Assembly (NCBI RefSeq): GCF_006345805.1
Contig: NC_043003.1
Span: forward strand, 62,868,001 to 62,932,000
DNA from: Octopus sinensis
Taxonomy: Eukaryota
Length of the DNA stretch: 64,000 bases
Direction of reading: 5' to 3'
Shown here piece after piece: positions 25,066 to 39,400 of this stretch (position 1 is the stretch's first letter; each line of letters begins with the position of its first letter). The translations under genes were made by a program, and so were the position numbers. The notes under the pieces were generated by a model that saw nothing but the letters and a program-made list of their open reading frames with translations, was not told where the DNA came from and did no database searches.

Positions 25066-28000
25066 GTTGTTATTCCTGTAACTAAACCTGCTTTCTTAAA
25101 GTATTCCAGGTTTTTCTAGGAGTAATATTAGTGGAGGACTTGTTGACTGGAGGAAACGATACCAACACCAGTGCCAGAAGCTGAGCAGAATTTTCAGAGA
25201 AGTGCAAACGTAAGTAAATACACATGCACCCACACACTTCTTTCAGCTTTCCTCAAACAAATCCACTCACAAAGCTTTTGTTGGCCTGGGGCTATAAGTG
25301 TAGGCAGTGGAATTCAACCCAAAATCACATGGTTAAGTAAACTTCTTTACTACACAGCTTTTATTTATTTATTTATGTGTGTGTGTGAAAAAGTTTATAT
25401 AATGTACAGCATATTTCCCCTCTCATGTATATACACATACACATCTATACATATACACACATTTATTCCTATACACATCTATAAATATACACACACATTT
25501 ATTCCTATACGCATATATATAGATACATACACATCTATATATACACACACATAGATACATACATATCAATACATATACATGCACATATATATACATACAC
25601 ATCTATACATATACACACACATCTATACATATACACACATATATACATATAGATACATACACATCTATACATATATACACACACATCTTTTCCTATACAC
25701 AAACACATACATACATACATATAGATACATACACATCTATACATATGCACATACATATCTGTCAATATGTAAATATGTCTACATACATACATATATAAAT
25801 TTAAAAAAAGTTATTTTATTAAAGTTTCCAGATTCTTTGAAAACTTCTGAAAATTAAGTAAATCACAAGTAATATATTTTATCAGCATTATATAATGAAA
25901 GGGTTATGTGAAAACTAGAAAAATTACGAAAAGGAAATGTAATATATTCTACATAGCACGTAGGTTAGAAATAATATTTATATAATTTGTAGATAAAACG
26001 GTTTGCTATCATGAGACATCTAAAAGAAAGCAACATTACGCGAAGCATATGTACGACAGATATGCAAGTTTAGCAAAGCTAACATTGATAAAATAATGGA
26101 ATAAGTAAAATGCCGTAGTGAACAAAGCTAACATGTATCCCATAGTTACTTGTACAACACATCAATTCTAATTGGCTAACAATTTGTGGGGCCTATGATT
26201 ATAAATTAGCTGTAAATATATCTCAACAACTGATGGTCATTTATTTCATTGCATCTGATGAATTCATATTGACGGCTTTGTATTACTGAGTGTGAACAAG
26301 ATTTTATTGCTACGGCAGCAGGTCTTCATTGTTAGCTTTGCTTACATGTAAAAAGGACAAAAACATGTAATATGGATAATTTGTAGTCTTCAAAGAGAAG
26401 TGACTGCTTGTGAAGTTTGATGTGATGCTGTGTACACGTATGCATTGATTTATAGACACACACACATATAAAGATGAGAGAGGTGTGTCATGTCATTTCA
26501 TTTCCAGAAATGACATAAAAATTGCGCTAAACATGAATACATCAATTTCAGTGTTTTACATGCAATCTTTGCACCATATAATCTAACGAGTGAACAGGCT
26601 TGCAACCACTTGGCCTGCTAGAAATAGTAGTCAAATCCTCCACTACATCTCTCATTCATTACACAGGCTTTCCAAAAATACAGTGATAAATGAATCATCT
26701 CTACACACTTTGGTGTCAATGAATCTATCATTTGTTCCTTTCAGAAACTTATGACCCGAAACTGCAAAGCTTCCACAGCCAAATATTTTCTTGATTATCT
26801 CTACCTTTTCCTATAGAAAAATTACATGTCATTTGTTAGTATCAGGGTGACTACTTTGTAGGTTTTCCTGTTCACTGGTCCTACACTGACAGGTATGAGC
26901 GCATAACTCCCGCTAAAGCATATGCAGCATGGTCATGTAAAGACAAGTGACAGTTGGTGCATTGCAGGTGGTTGTTGGAGGAGTGCTCTTGCAGTACAAA
27001 CAGAATCTTTGATCACCGAAGCATAACATGGTTCGCAACTGAGCGTATCTTATTCCAGATCAGCGATAAGCAATGTTATATGTATTGTCTACATAGAAAA
27101 GTAAATATTGGATATTGTAGTTTACGGTAGATACAGAAACAAGGCACAATCATCATCATCATCGTTTAACGTCTGCTTTCCATGCTGGCATGGGTTGGAT
27201 GGTTTGACTGGGGACTGGTGAGCCAGATGGCTGCACCACGCTCCAATCTGATCTGGTAGAGTTTCTACAGCTGGATTGCTGGAATGCCCCTGATCATAGG
27301 ACTGCTGTGTTAGCAGTGACGGGCTGCTAAAAGGGATCCTATGAATATATATATATAATGTACATAATATTGCAATCACTGGAGTGTGGCCAAGCTGAGG
27401 CACCATCTTGAAAGGCATTCAGGTGAACAAATCAGCTGCAATATTTATTTCATTTAAGTTTGGTATGTATTCCATCAGTCTCTTTGCCAAACAGCTAAGT
27501 TGCAGGGATGAAGACAAACTAACAAGAAAACATTTGCCCAAGGTGTCACGCAGTGAGACTGAACCCGGAACCATATGGTTGGGAAACAATCTTCTTAACC
27601 CACACAGTAAACTGGTGTTACAGGTCCAAAGGGTTAGTAGTGGAGCCAGCGAAAGATTGTATTTTTTCCTTGTATTGGATTTATTTTAATATATGAACCA
27701 AAATCGTAGTCATGCCTGATGTCAGTGCCATTTGACTGGCACATAAGCTCCATTCAAGTGTGGTTCCAACCCATGCCAGCATGGAAAGCAGACGTTAAAT
27801 AATGAAGATGGATCATGGATAATCTCCACTATTTTATAATAAGAATTTAACGAAATATATTAAAACAAATGTTACAAAAACATTTCCTTAAATTTGTAGT
27901 TGTTTCAATTTTAAAATAATTTAGTCATTATTATGCTATTTGAAACAAATTAAGATGATCTTTGATGGAGTTTTAACATAGCAGTTTAATTTTAAAAAAG

Positions 28001-30849
28001 TTTGCATCATAGGTGTAGGAGTGGCTGTGTGGTAAATAGCTTGCTTACAAACCACATGGTTCTGGGTTCATTCTACTATAGCCTCGGGTTGACCAAAACC
28101 TTGTGAGTGGATTTGGCAGCCAGAAACTGAAAGAAGCCCGTCGTATATATGTATGTGTGTATATGTTTGTCCCCCAACATCACGTGACAACTGACGCTGG
28201 TGTTTACATCCCCCATAACCTAGTGGTTCGGCAAAAGGATCCAATAGAATAAGTACGAAGCTTACAAAGAATAAGTCCTGGGGTTGATGTGCTAACTAAA
28301 GGCGGTGCTCCAGCATGGCTACAATCAAATGACTGAAACAAGTAAAAGAATAGGTGGTAAGGTGAATTCTCATGTGTTATATATATATATACATAATCTT
28401 TTATCTTTCATTTGTTTCAGTCATTAGACTGCGGCCATGCTGGGGCACCACCTTGAAGAATTTTTAGTTGAACGAATTAACCCCCACTTTTTAATTTTTT
28501 TTTTAAGCCTGGTACTTGATCTATCAACATCTTTTGCCCAACCGATATATATCATATTGTGCCAGTTTGGAGAATGTTAAAAGGACTATAGAATAAGGAA
28601 TGGTTAAGAAAAAAATTATTTTTTTCTTCTACTTGTTCCAGTCATTGGATTGTGGCCATGCTGGGGCACCACCTTTTTGGTTCTGTAACACAATGCTGTG
28701 TTTTTTTTTTTTTTTTAAATACAAAAGATTATTTAAATTTAGAGCTTTCCATTGTGATTTTCTACTGAAATGTTTTTTATTAAATGGGTGTGTTTTTGGT
28801 ATTTTCAAGCATTAACTAATACGTAATGTCCATAGACACACGGTCAGAAAAGGGTTAATTTGAAATGCTAAGGTGGTTTGAAAGCCAGGCAGTATAAGAA
28901 TGTCTGTATAATTTCAGTCACACTCTAAGAAGCAGCTTAACAGATTAATTATTCTTTAATCAAGAAGTATGTTTAATACGATTATGAAACTATCATTCAA
29001 ACATCACAAGATGTCAGTTAATCTATATTTACTCACTAATCTGATATAATAAATCAATGTGGCAAGTTAATTGAGAAAAATATTGATAATTGGTGGCAAC
29101 ATTTTTTTTTTTTAAAGAAACAGCTTTGTTAATTGTTTTCATGTGAAATTCATGCTGAATGCAATTTTAAAAAGAAAAAATGTAGGAATGGTGTGATAAA
29201 TTTGCTTTACAACCACATGGTTCCAGGTTCAGTCCCACAGTGTGGAACCTTGGACAAGCGTCTTCTATTGTAGCCCCAGGTCAACTTAATCCTTGAGTGG
29301 ATTTGGTAGCTGGAAGCTAAAAAAGGCCCAGTTATATGTCTTAGTATTTGTCACCCATCACTGCTTCTCAACTGGTGAGAGTTTGTTTACATCTCCATAA
29401 CTTAGCAGTTCAGCGAAAGAAACTGATAGAATAAGCACCAGGCTTAGAAAAAAAAGTACTGGGGTTGATTCTTTTGACTAAAGCTCAAGGCAGTGCCCGA
29501 GCATGGCCAGTCCACTGAGCGAAACAAGATAAAAAGATGTACATTTTACATCTTAATCATTCACTAATCCATAGTTGTTTTAACCATTTTCCGAACTGGC
29601 ACATGACGGATATATACATATATACACACACACGTGCAAAGGCAGATATATATTATCACTTGTCTTGATTCTGTCATTCGAGGCTTAATATCCAGATATC
29701 TGACTTCCCATCAGTGCATCAAGCCAGTCAGCATTCATTTGTATCATAAGCTTATTTTAAGTTGAAATGAAAGAAACTGGGGAATTCTCTTTAACTGTTA
29801 ACCTTCCTGTCCCTAATGCTTTGGCCTATCTCAGTTTTACTTGTCAAACATTTTATAGCTAAATACATGGTAATGACAACGAACTGGAATAAATACTTTA
29901 CAGCCTAACCCTCCCACCAGCCTTCCCATAACCAAGAATGCCATCATCTTGGATTCTATGGTGAATTCTTAAACATTTCTATTCCACATTGGTAAGTACA
30001 TAAAAAAAAAAAATAAAACCATTTTATATTTAATATATATTTCTGTAGTGAAGTATCACTGGTCGATATTAATGCTGAAATATGTAGAGATGGTTAATTT
30101 GTGACAACCAGACAAAAATCAATTCCATACACTACAATGCACACAATAGTATCTGTAGCCGAGAACAAAAAATATCTAGAAGTAGGATTTATATCTCAGT
30201 TCACACATTCACTTTGGTAGCTTGTTCTTAAACCTATCTAATACCACCACCCTGGTCCCGAGATACAAAAAATACAAAACTGCTCCTTTTAAACCTTTCA
30301 TAAACAGGTGGAGATATGGCTGTGCTACCACAAAGTTTTCCTGTGCAACCATGTGGTCTCGGGTTCAATCCCACAGCATGGCACCTCAGGCCTGTCTTCT
30401 ACTATACTACAGGCTCAGAACAGGTTTGGGAGTGGAAATCGAAACTGTATGAAGCTCATTATATATCTTTCTCATATTTCAGTCATTCAACTTAAGAGAC
30501 CCATGTACTTTTCTTTTTGCAAAGCCTGGTAATAATCTTTTTTGCCAAACAAGTTACAGGGACATAAACACACCAACACCAGTTGTCAAGCGGTGTGGGA
30601 GGGAGGACAGCACAAATATATATATGTCTCTAAATTAATGTTACCATTATTCAATGGTTTAATATGTAATGTTAAAACTCCATCAAAGTTCATGTTAATT
30701 TGTTTCAAACGGCATAATAATAACTAAATTATTTTAAAATTGAAACAAAACAAATGTAACAAAAACATATTTCCTTAAATTTACATAAATTTCCTCTATT
30801 TACATTAATATTGAGATCCCTTTCTTTTGTTATCTTACTGTTTTTACCA

Positions 30850-30884
<35 letters not shown>

Positions 30885-31348
30885 AATGTATTTGTTATAC
30901 ATATTACAGGCTTTTTTCAGTTTGTCAGCCTGGGGCTATAGTAGAAAGACACCTGCCCAAGGTGTCACACAATGGAACTGATCTGGGAACCAACCATGTG
31001 GTTGGGAACTTCTTGCCACAGTCATATCTTTATGAATATTTAGCAGAAACAACATATCAAACTATATGTATATACTTACACACATATACAGGTGTGAATA
31101 AGGGTCATGCAAGTCTTCATTAACACTAGTGATATAGTATATTTTTTCGAGTAAACTAATATTCCATGGTTCAGTGGATGTGTGAGGGACTGAGGAATGG
31201 AAAATACAGCAAACTATTTTCTATTCTGGGAGTTAGCAAAAAGAAGATCATCCAGTCATAGAAAACCTGCCATACTAACAGAGAATCCAACATAAAAAGC
31301 AACAATGAACCTTTCGTTAAGCTAAATACGATGAAAATAATTGGTATT

Positions 31349-32600
31349 TTAACCATTCAGCATTTAGATCACCCATATCCAGTTTGTTTTATGTTCAAAG
31401 CAGCCACATCTAGCCCCCACACACACCTACCCTACAATGACATCCAAATAATAAACAATCATCTTATCAGAATCTTGAAGCTATGTGATAATGCATGATT
31501 AATTAAAAACAATGAATAAATAGGCATTAGATTTGACCGAGTAAACTGAACGCTAAAAAGATTTCTGAAAATCTAACTGCCAGTGTTGATATTTCAGTTT
31601 CTTATGAAATACAGTTAAACCCTTTAGCAGCCACATCTGGCCAAAATATCCTGTTTTATGCTCAAACTGATCAAATCAGGCTTCTCAGAGCTATAAGATA
31701 ATGCATGATTAATTCAAAACAAGCAATCTGAATGCTGAAGGGTCAAATTAGCTCGTTATTATATATCAAGTTTAACATTCATTCAACAATGTGTAGAGAG
31801 TAATTGTCATATTGAGGATATTATGTATCAATTGGAAAATTTTATTCATCACAATCAAAGATAAATGCAGTAAATTAATTATTAACCATGGCTTCGTCAG
31901 GCCCAGTCTGCCAGATCTGACTGGGCCTGACGAAGCCTTCCAGCTTCACAGACCCCAGTTGACCCGTCCAACCCATGCTAGCATGGAAAGCGGACGCTAA
32001 ATGATGATGATGATAGCACACATGGTCCTTTCAAGGACCAGAAGAATAAAGATATCTCAAAAAATACAGGTGTTGCAGAAATATGGATTAGTTTGTCATC
32101 AAGACCAGAGTGTCTTTCATATATTATCAAAAAATTTTTGGTAATAAAATTTGGAAAGAGGATCTTAGATGAAGTTGCTTTAAAATCAGAGATTGTCACC
32201 CAACACATATCATCCCTAGGCCAACCAAATTCTTGAATGGATTTGGTAGATGGAAACTGAAAGAAGCCCACTGAATGTATCATGTAATAGTTGTAAAGTC
32301 AATCGTACAAGAGTGTCATTTCCAGTATCCCATAGAAATAAGGCTGGACTACGGGGAAATGTTATATTGCTGGGAAACGGGTGAAGGTTGACATTAACCC
32401 TTTAGTGTTCAGATTACTCTGTTAAATGTAATACTTTTTTCACTCAAATTATTTTGAATTAATCACACATTATCTTGCATCATTGAAACCTCAAAGCTGT
32501 AATTGTTTACTTTTAGAATGTCAATGTAGGTTAGGTGTGAGAGGCTAGATATGGCTAGTTCAAATATAAAACAAGTAGAATATGTTTGTATATAATATAT
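31349..32600. mobile_element. Cluster of decayed piggyBac-like MITE copies
   Basis: TTAACC(C/A)TT.AG termini at about 31349, 31615 and 32394, with shared GATAATGCATGATTAATT internal sequence (inverted in the third copy). Confidence 0.55.
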
Positions 32601-32649
32601 TAATAGATCATTTCATTCACTCATGTTACACAACTAAAAGCAATTTACA

Positions 32650-35600
32650 TGCAGAAAACAAAGTAAATATTTAATATAAATAAATTTCAGGACATTTTAC
32701 TATACCTGCAATTTGAAGAATATTGGTAGTACCATCAACTGTATCCCAGAGTCTTCCGATTATGATATCCTAACAAGATTTGATTGAATTGGTAGACCAA
32801 CAAAAATAGTCTTTGATTTCATTAGCATTTGTTCGTTAACTTTTTTTTTTTTCCACTGATCCTCAGGACATTTAAATTCTGAATTTTGTTATAAATGCAA
32901 TCCACATACAGATAAAAAAAACCACACCATAAACCCAAAAAGATAAATGTGCTGTTTGTTTTGAAGTGAAGAAAGTCCATATTAAACACACGTAAAAATG
33001 TAATTTGTACAACTAATAACTGTGACGAATTTCACATTTTGAAATTTTCAGTGAGAAAAAAATTCCATCATATGCAACCATTAAGCAAATATGACAGTAA
33101 AAAAAAGACACCTGTTATTAAAAGGATGCAAAGTCTGATAATTTTTCAAAATAAAATACGCAACTATATGAATTTTTTATAGAAAAATAATTTTTATTTT
33201 TTTAAAAATACTTTTAAAAATACAGTAAAAATACAAAAATCACAGGTTTCCCATCTTGGACGTTTTAAGATCAGGTCTCAAGTGATATCTGGAGAAAGAA
33301 AAGGGGGAGAAAAATACATTAGTTATGGAAGAATAGAAATTTAAATTAATGATGTGGGGGGAAAAAAAGACCAGACCTGTCCATTCTGTGTATGTTACAT
33401 AAAAAAAAGGAAAGGAAAATAAAAGAACTTGACCAAGTGATAGAAACCGGAGAAAGGTGAACGAAAATTTTCAGTTGTGAAAAGAGAAAAACAGGTCAAA
33501 GAAATAGAAAGAGTGTGATTCAATAGAGAGAGAGAGAAACAGACAGAAAGAGAAAAAGGAAGAGAGTGAAATGCAGACATGAAAGAATTTGGTAGAAAAG
33601 TCAGTTTACAAATACAGAAATACAACAATTTATTTTTAAAACAAATATATATATATATATACATAGGAAAATCTATAAAGAGACAAAATGAAAAAAAATA
33701 GACAAACATGACAGCTGCAAGATATCCATAGACAAGAGCTAAGGACTGAGCAGCAGATTTGGAGGATGTGTAAGAAAACAAGAACAAAAAAAAAATAATA
33801 AAAACATAGAAGTGAAAGTTCCAAGTGGGAATCAAGGAAAAGGGTGGGTGGGCAGCTAATATCCAAACTACCGAGTCACAAGCAGTAAACCACGATAGCT
33901 GTTGGTAGTTCTTACCAACACAATGGAAAATTCTAAATTAAAATGTCAACTTGAAAGGATTTTTCAAAAGTCAGTCAGTATCCGGTAGCACCTATTTTTT
34001 TTTTTAAGTTTTTAAGTGTTTTTTTTTCATTTAAAGAAATTTTAAAATTATTTAGCTTTTTAAAATTTTTTAAACATTTTAAAAACATTTTTTTTTTAAA
34101 AAAGTATTTTCTTTTAAATTACAATACAAGGTAAAAATCAGAAGACCCATTCGATATGGGTCAATGAGCTAATTATATTTTATTAGGGGCAGTTGATTTT
34201 CGTTCACCTTTCTAAAACTTGAAAAAGTTTAAAATTACAAGAAAAAGAAATTAGGAGATAATGTTTCCTAACAGAGGAGACATTATATATATATATATAT
34301 ATATGCATGAGTGTGTATATATATATATATGTATGTATATATATACATATAAACATATGTATATATAAATATATATACGCACACACACATATATGTAAGT
34401 TTTAAGTTTAAGATCTTTAAAAGCTATGAAAAGCTAAGATGAATCTCGTGTTCACTGTTAAGAGCAAATTAAAGGGACTGCAACTATTGATAATATATCA
34501 ACAGTTTGCATTTTAATGTTTAATTCTTTTTTCTTTTTCCTAGTCTAAAAACTGAAAGCATCTTGGAAAACATTGAAAGCAAAAAAAAAAAAGGAAAGGA
34601 AAAAAGGAAAAATTTAAAAAATGGAACAGTAAAAAAAGCAATTTATAATTGAAAACATCAACTGATGCCCTGATTTAGTTTAGATAATTTATCAATTTAT
34701 ATATATTGAACAGTTATCAATTAGGAGGGCAGATCATTTTTTTTTTTAAGCCACAAATTTCTAAAGTTTATGGTTTTTAAACGGCAGTTATATAGACAAT
34801 GACATGCTGTTTATTTGTGTTAACATTCACACTGAAAAGACTACCACTTGGAATGGGAAGAAAAGATCACCACGTTACCTGGCATTACTATGGATTGGGA
34901 TTCCTCGATCAAGCAGTAAAGATACCTTAAGTGCTGATATCACATTTCCTGTGTCTTTGTTTTCCCTGGAGTCTCAGTAGCCGTCCAAATTGTAGTAGTA
35001 GTAGTAGAATTTTACTGGCAATAAATGCCAGAAACTTGAGTACTTGTACAAAAACTTATACAATCCCTGCTGATGTACTACAAGTGTCAGAACATTAACA
35101 TTTGTACATTTTTTCACTGAATTTCAATATAAACCAGGATAAGTGCTAATATCGACATATTAGCAGCTAGCCTCTATCTTTTTAGTGAGCACATACAAGC
35201 CTTAAGGATAGAAGCCTGTTACGTTTAAGACTTTTTTCTTTGTTTTGTATTGTTTTGTTTGGTTAGTTTATGTGCCTGGATTAATTAATTTATTTAGGGT
35301 TGTACAATAATATCAAAATTTGCTGCATCTTTAAAAAATTGCCTAAAGATTATTATTATTATTGTTGTTATTATTATTATATATATACATATATATTTTT
35401 TTCCTCAACCTGATAATTTGTTTAGCAGCATTTGAAATTGATTTACAACAGTTTGGATATCTAGTGGCTCTATCCTTAAGCTATTTAGAACTAGTTTGGT
35501 AGTTTTACTAAGTTTTAAAATGCATTGTATGTGCCCAGTCTCCATTTAGGTCCTGGAGGAGATTTTTAGCAAGTTGAAATAAACAACGGACCAGAGTAAT

Positions 35601-36380
35601 TTTAGACTGAATTTTATGTATTTTTTTTTTATTATTTTATTTTTAACTTTTTTAAATAATTCAAGTTACTGGGTTTTTAACCGCCACAACATTTACTAAT
35701 ATTGTGGCATTGCCAACTATTGATACTCATAGTTGATTCAGTTTTACTTACATTTTTCAAAGTTGAAGAATCTAATCAGACTCATTAAGCTTTTTAGGTG
35801 TCCAGCAGAAAAAACAAAAGGCTGACTTCTAAAACTAGTTTAAAACTTGATATTTTTTTATATGTATATATATATATGCATATATATATATATTATATAT
35901 ACATATATATATATATTTTTTTTTATTTTTAAATTTTTGACAAAGATTAAATCTACATTTGGCAGCACGGAAGCATGAGGTGACAAAACATCACTAAAAT
36001 CATTTTGTACTACATGGATACTGACAATGAGGAGAACGTGGTCGATGTAGTTTGGGTTTAAGAGTTAAAATACTTAAAAAGCCTTGTTAGGTCCTTGCCA
36101 GTTCTGTGTCACAGAGTGACAATAAAATGGATGAAAGGAGACCAAAATTCAATGAAAATGTCCCACTTATTAAGTGTTGGGGTGATATGGAAGAGTGAAA
36201 TATGGTGCATGAAGTCATGATTTTTGTACCTCCTTGCTCACATGCTTGTCATTCTTCTGTGGGCCACAACTGAGATTGGCATCAGTTGGTCAAAGCCACT
36301 CGGCTTAAGTGGATGGAGACTGGACGAAGACAGCGAATACGACCAGTGCAGCAGGGTTAGGTTTTGACCAGGGCTAGTTT
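32650..36380 (-). other. Putative long (about 3.7 kb) KHDRBS 3'UTR
   Basis: Stretch below the stop codon that is U-rich on the gene strand and has no recognisable SINE copies; candidate poly(A) signals AATAAA (33193-33198) and ATTAAA (32670-32675) on the minus strand; 3' end not proven. Confidence 0.45.
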
Positions 36381-36493
36381 TTAGTAACCTCCGCCTCTAC
36401 CTCCATATGGATGACTTCTGTATTGTCCCTTTGCACCTCTAGTGGGTGGTGGGGCCTTCATCTGTCCAACATTTGAGCCCCAGCCACCATCAC
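36381..36493 (-). CDS. KHDRBS: KHDRBS last coding exon (PY-NLS, stop)
   Basis: Acceptor cattttcag; [37 protein letters not shown] then TAA at 36383-36381; resembles the Sam68 C-terminus KAPPARPVKGAYREHPYGRY. Confidence 0.93.
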
Positions 36494-39400
36494 CTGAAAA
36501 TGAAAATAACTTGGCTAAAGACATCACATCAAAGTAAATTAATAAAAATACACACAGGTTTTAATTAACTTAGAGAACATTATACAAACTATTTTTTATC
36601 TTCATTAGGTGGGTCAATGACTCTAAAAACATGAAAGCTTAGCCATAGATTCCACATCTTGGTGTGCTCTACTTTTACTTTACATAGGCCTCTGATGTAC
36701 TTCTAGGCATCTTATATCCATTTTGTGGTAATGCTGAGGCATCACCTTGAAGGGTTTTAGCCAAGCAAATTGCTCCCAGTACTATTTTTTTTTAAAGTTT
36801 GGTGCTTTTACCATCAATTCCTTTTGCCAAACTTAAGTTTAGGAAATGTAAACAAACTGCAGTTGCTAAGTAGTGTAGAGATCAAACACACACACATCTA
36901 TAAATAGCAGGAGTCCAACATTGATCAAAGGCATTTGCCCATGGTGCTACACAGTGGGACTGAACCTGAAACCACGTGGCTGCAAAAGTGAGCTCCTTAA
37001 CCACACAACCATGCCCGTACCTACACCACATATTTTGAAACCAAATCACCCATTGAGTTAAACGCGGGAGCGAATAAAAACTAATTCATTTTCAGAAAAT
37101 GAGTCACTGAACAAGTGGGTAACAGTTGTTACACCCAACCTGTTACATAATAACCATCAACAAATATTCAGCCTTTATATTAAATGTTAGAATCAAAACA
37201 ATAAAGGTAAAATAATTTCTTTTTTAATACATATTGACAGTATATTTTACACATTGAAGACCAAAAACTAATTTTGTTGTTTTTGTAGCTGCATATGTCT
37301 CTTTAGAATTGATTTAATTATTCAGATATTCAAGTTCATTCACCATAATGCAATGAACAGAGTTGGTGGGGGGAGGGGGGAGATAGATGTTAAAAACCCA
37401 AATAATTCAGTCATTGTAAAGAAAAAAATTTACAAAATTACTTGAACACTCACTCTAACAAAAGCACTTTTTTGTGCTCATTATTAAAGGAACAAAACAA
37501 CTCACCGTATCCCTCATCATACTGTCCCCCAGCGCCGTAATCGTAATATTGTGAGTCCCTATGAAGGAAAACAAACAATATTTTTATGCTTTTTTTTTGT
37601 ATTCCATTTTTACAATTATATATTTCATAAAAAAGCGTTTCAAACATTAACCTTTTAGCATTATTCATGTTAGTCACTTAAATGTAATGCTTATTTATTC
37701 AGATTGTTTTGAATTAAACATGCGTTATCTCATTAACTACTTCAATGATGTAATTGTTTAGTTTTAGGATGATATTGCAAGAGAGTTGTGAGGGTCAAAT
37801 CTGGCCAGGCTGAACATAATACAAATAAAACATCTTGGCTGGACATGTAAGGCTTAAGTGCCAAAGTATCAAAGTGGTATTTGCAGATTTCATACATTTT
37901 TTATAAATTTGTAAGCCAGTTGCAAGACCAGAATTACTAAGACTTCCAGCAAAGGTTTTTTTTTTTTTTTTAAATATGAGAAGGGGCTTGAAATGTGAGC
38001 AACCTTGTGATTTAAGGCAGAGAAATCTATTCAAATTTTGACTCCACAGAATGACCCCAGCTGATGCAGACCTGTAGATATATATTCATATACACATGTG
38101 CACGTATATGTAAAAACAAACACAAGTATATGTTTATATAGTTATATAAGACTGGAGCCTGGTGCAGCCTTCTGGCTTCCCAGATTCCCGGTCGAACCGT
38201 CAAACCCATGCTAGCATGGAGAACGGACGTTAAACGATGATGATGATGATATGTTTATATATATATGATACACTTACACACACATATATATATACTTTTT
38301 AAGAAAAAACTTATACCAGGCTCTGGAGACACAGATACATAAATTCACCTGAGCACTATGTACCTGGAGAACTTTACTGTCCGGTCAAATATAGAAATAC
38401 AAACACTATCTGCCAGAAAATACTTCTGGCTTCCAGTATATTTCAGACAATAACGTCTGAGTACTTTACATACTGACCATAGAGAGAAAAATGAAAAAGT
38501 TTATTAAGACTGGATAATGAACAAATACTGTACTGTTTTATCTAAAGACAGAGCTGTTTTAAAACCAAAATGTTAACTAAAACTCAAAAGGAGAAATAAT
38601 TCTAGATACGAGGAACAAGAGACAACTTTAGTTGTTAACCATACCATATGGAATGGTATAGAATTATTACAATGGTTTTATTATGTAAACAAACATGACT
38701 AAGATAGTGAACACAGTAAATATTATGTGCTAACAATTACTAAATTAGCCAACAATTGCCAAATTGAAAAACTGACAAGAAAACTTACAAAATATTAGGA
38801 TGATTATCAGATTGAAATTAATGTTCTCTTTGTTTTAATTCCATTCGCATCTAGTACACTTTATAAGAATATAAATTAACTCTCAGCGATTAACTGAACC
38901 GAGCAGGCTTTGAACTCAGAACAGCCATAACTACCATGCATTTTATTAGATGCCTTAACACTTTTGCTAATCACTACCAATTAAATGTATTTGCACAGAA
39001 AAGAAAAAATTAAAATGCTGTGGCAAATTGTACCTAAGCTAATAGTAATACACATTATGTGATGAGAGACTACAAAAGATGTGTAAAAATTAAAAAATTG
39101 ACAATATACTTACACTTGGCCATATGACTGATCACCATAACCACCTTCATAACCACTTTGATCTCCATAACCTTCATTATAACTTTGATCATATCCCTGT
39201 GGAAATTGAATAATGCTAGTTGTAGACACATTTACATAGCTTCAGAGAGTCAATTAAAAAAAAAAACAACAATTAATTATATGGTCACAAAGAGACAGCT
39301 TATGAGGACAAAAATGAACATTAATTGGTTTTTTATAGGCCAATAATTTGTTTAATTGTACTTACTTTTGCTTCATTAAATTCAAAATTGTTTATTATCA

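Noticed and set aside
29859-29991. Plus-strand exon-like segment (ttttatag ... TTG|gtaagt)
   Set aside because: Stops in all three frames and no partner exons found; at most an unsupported non-coding exon.
33395-33866. Phe-rich minus-strand ORFs
   Set aside because: Compositional artefact of U-rich putative 3'UTR sequence.
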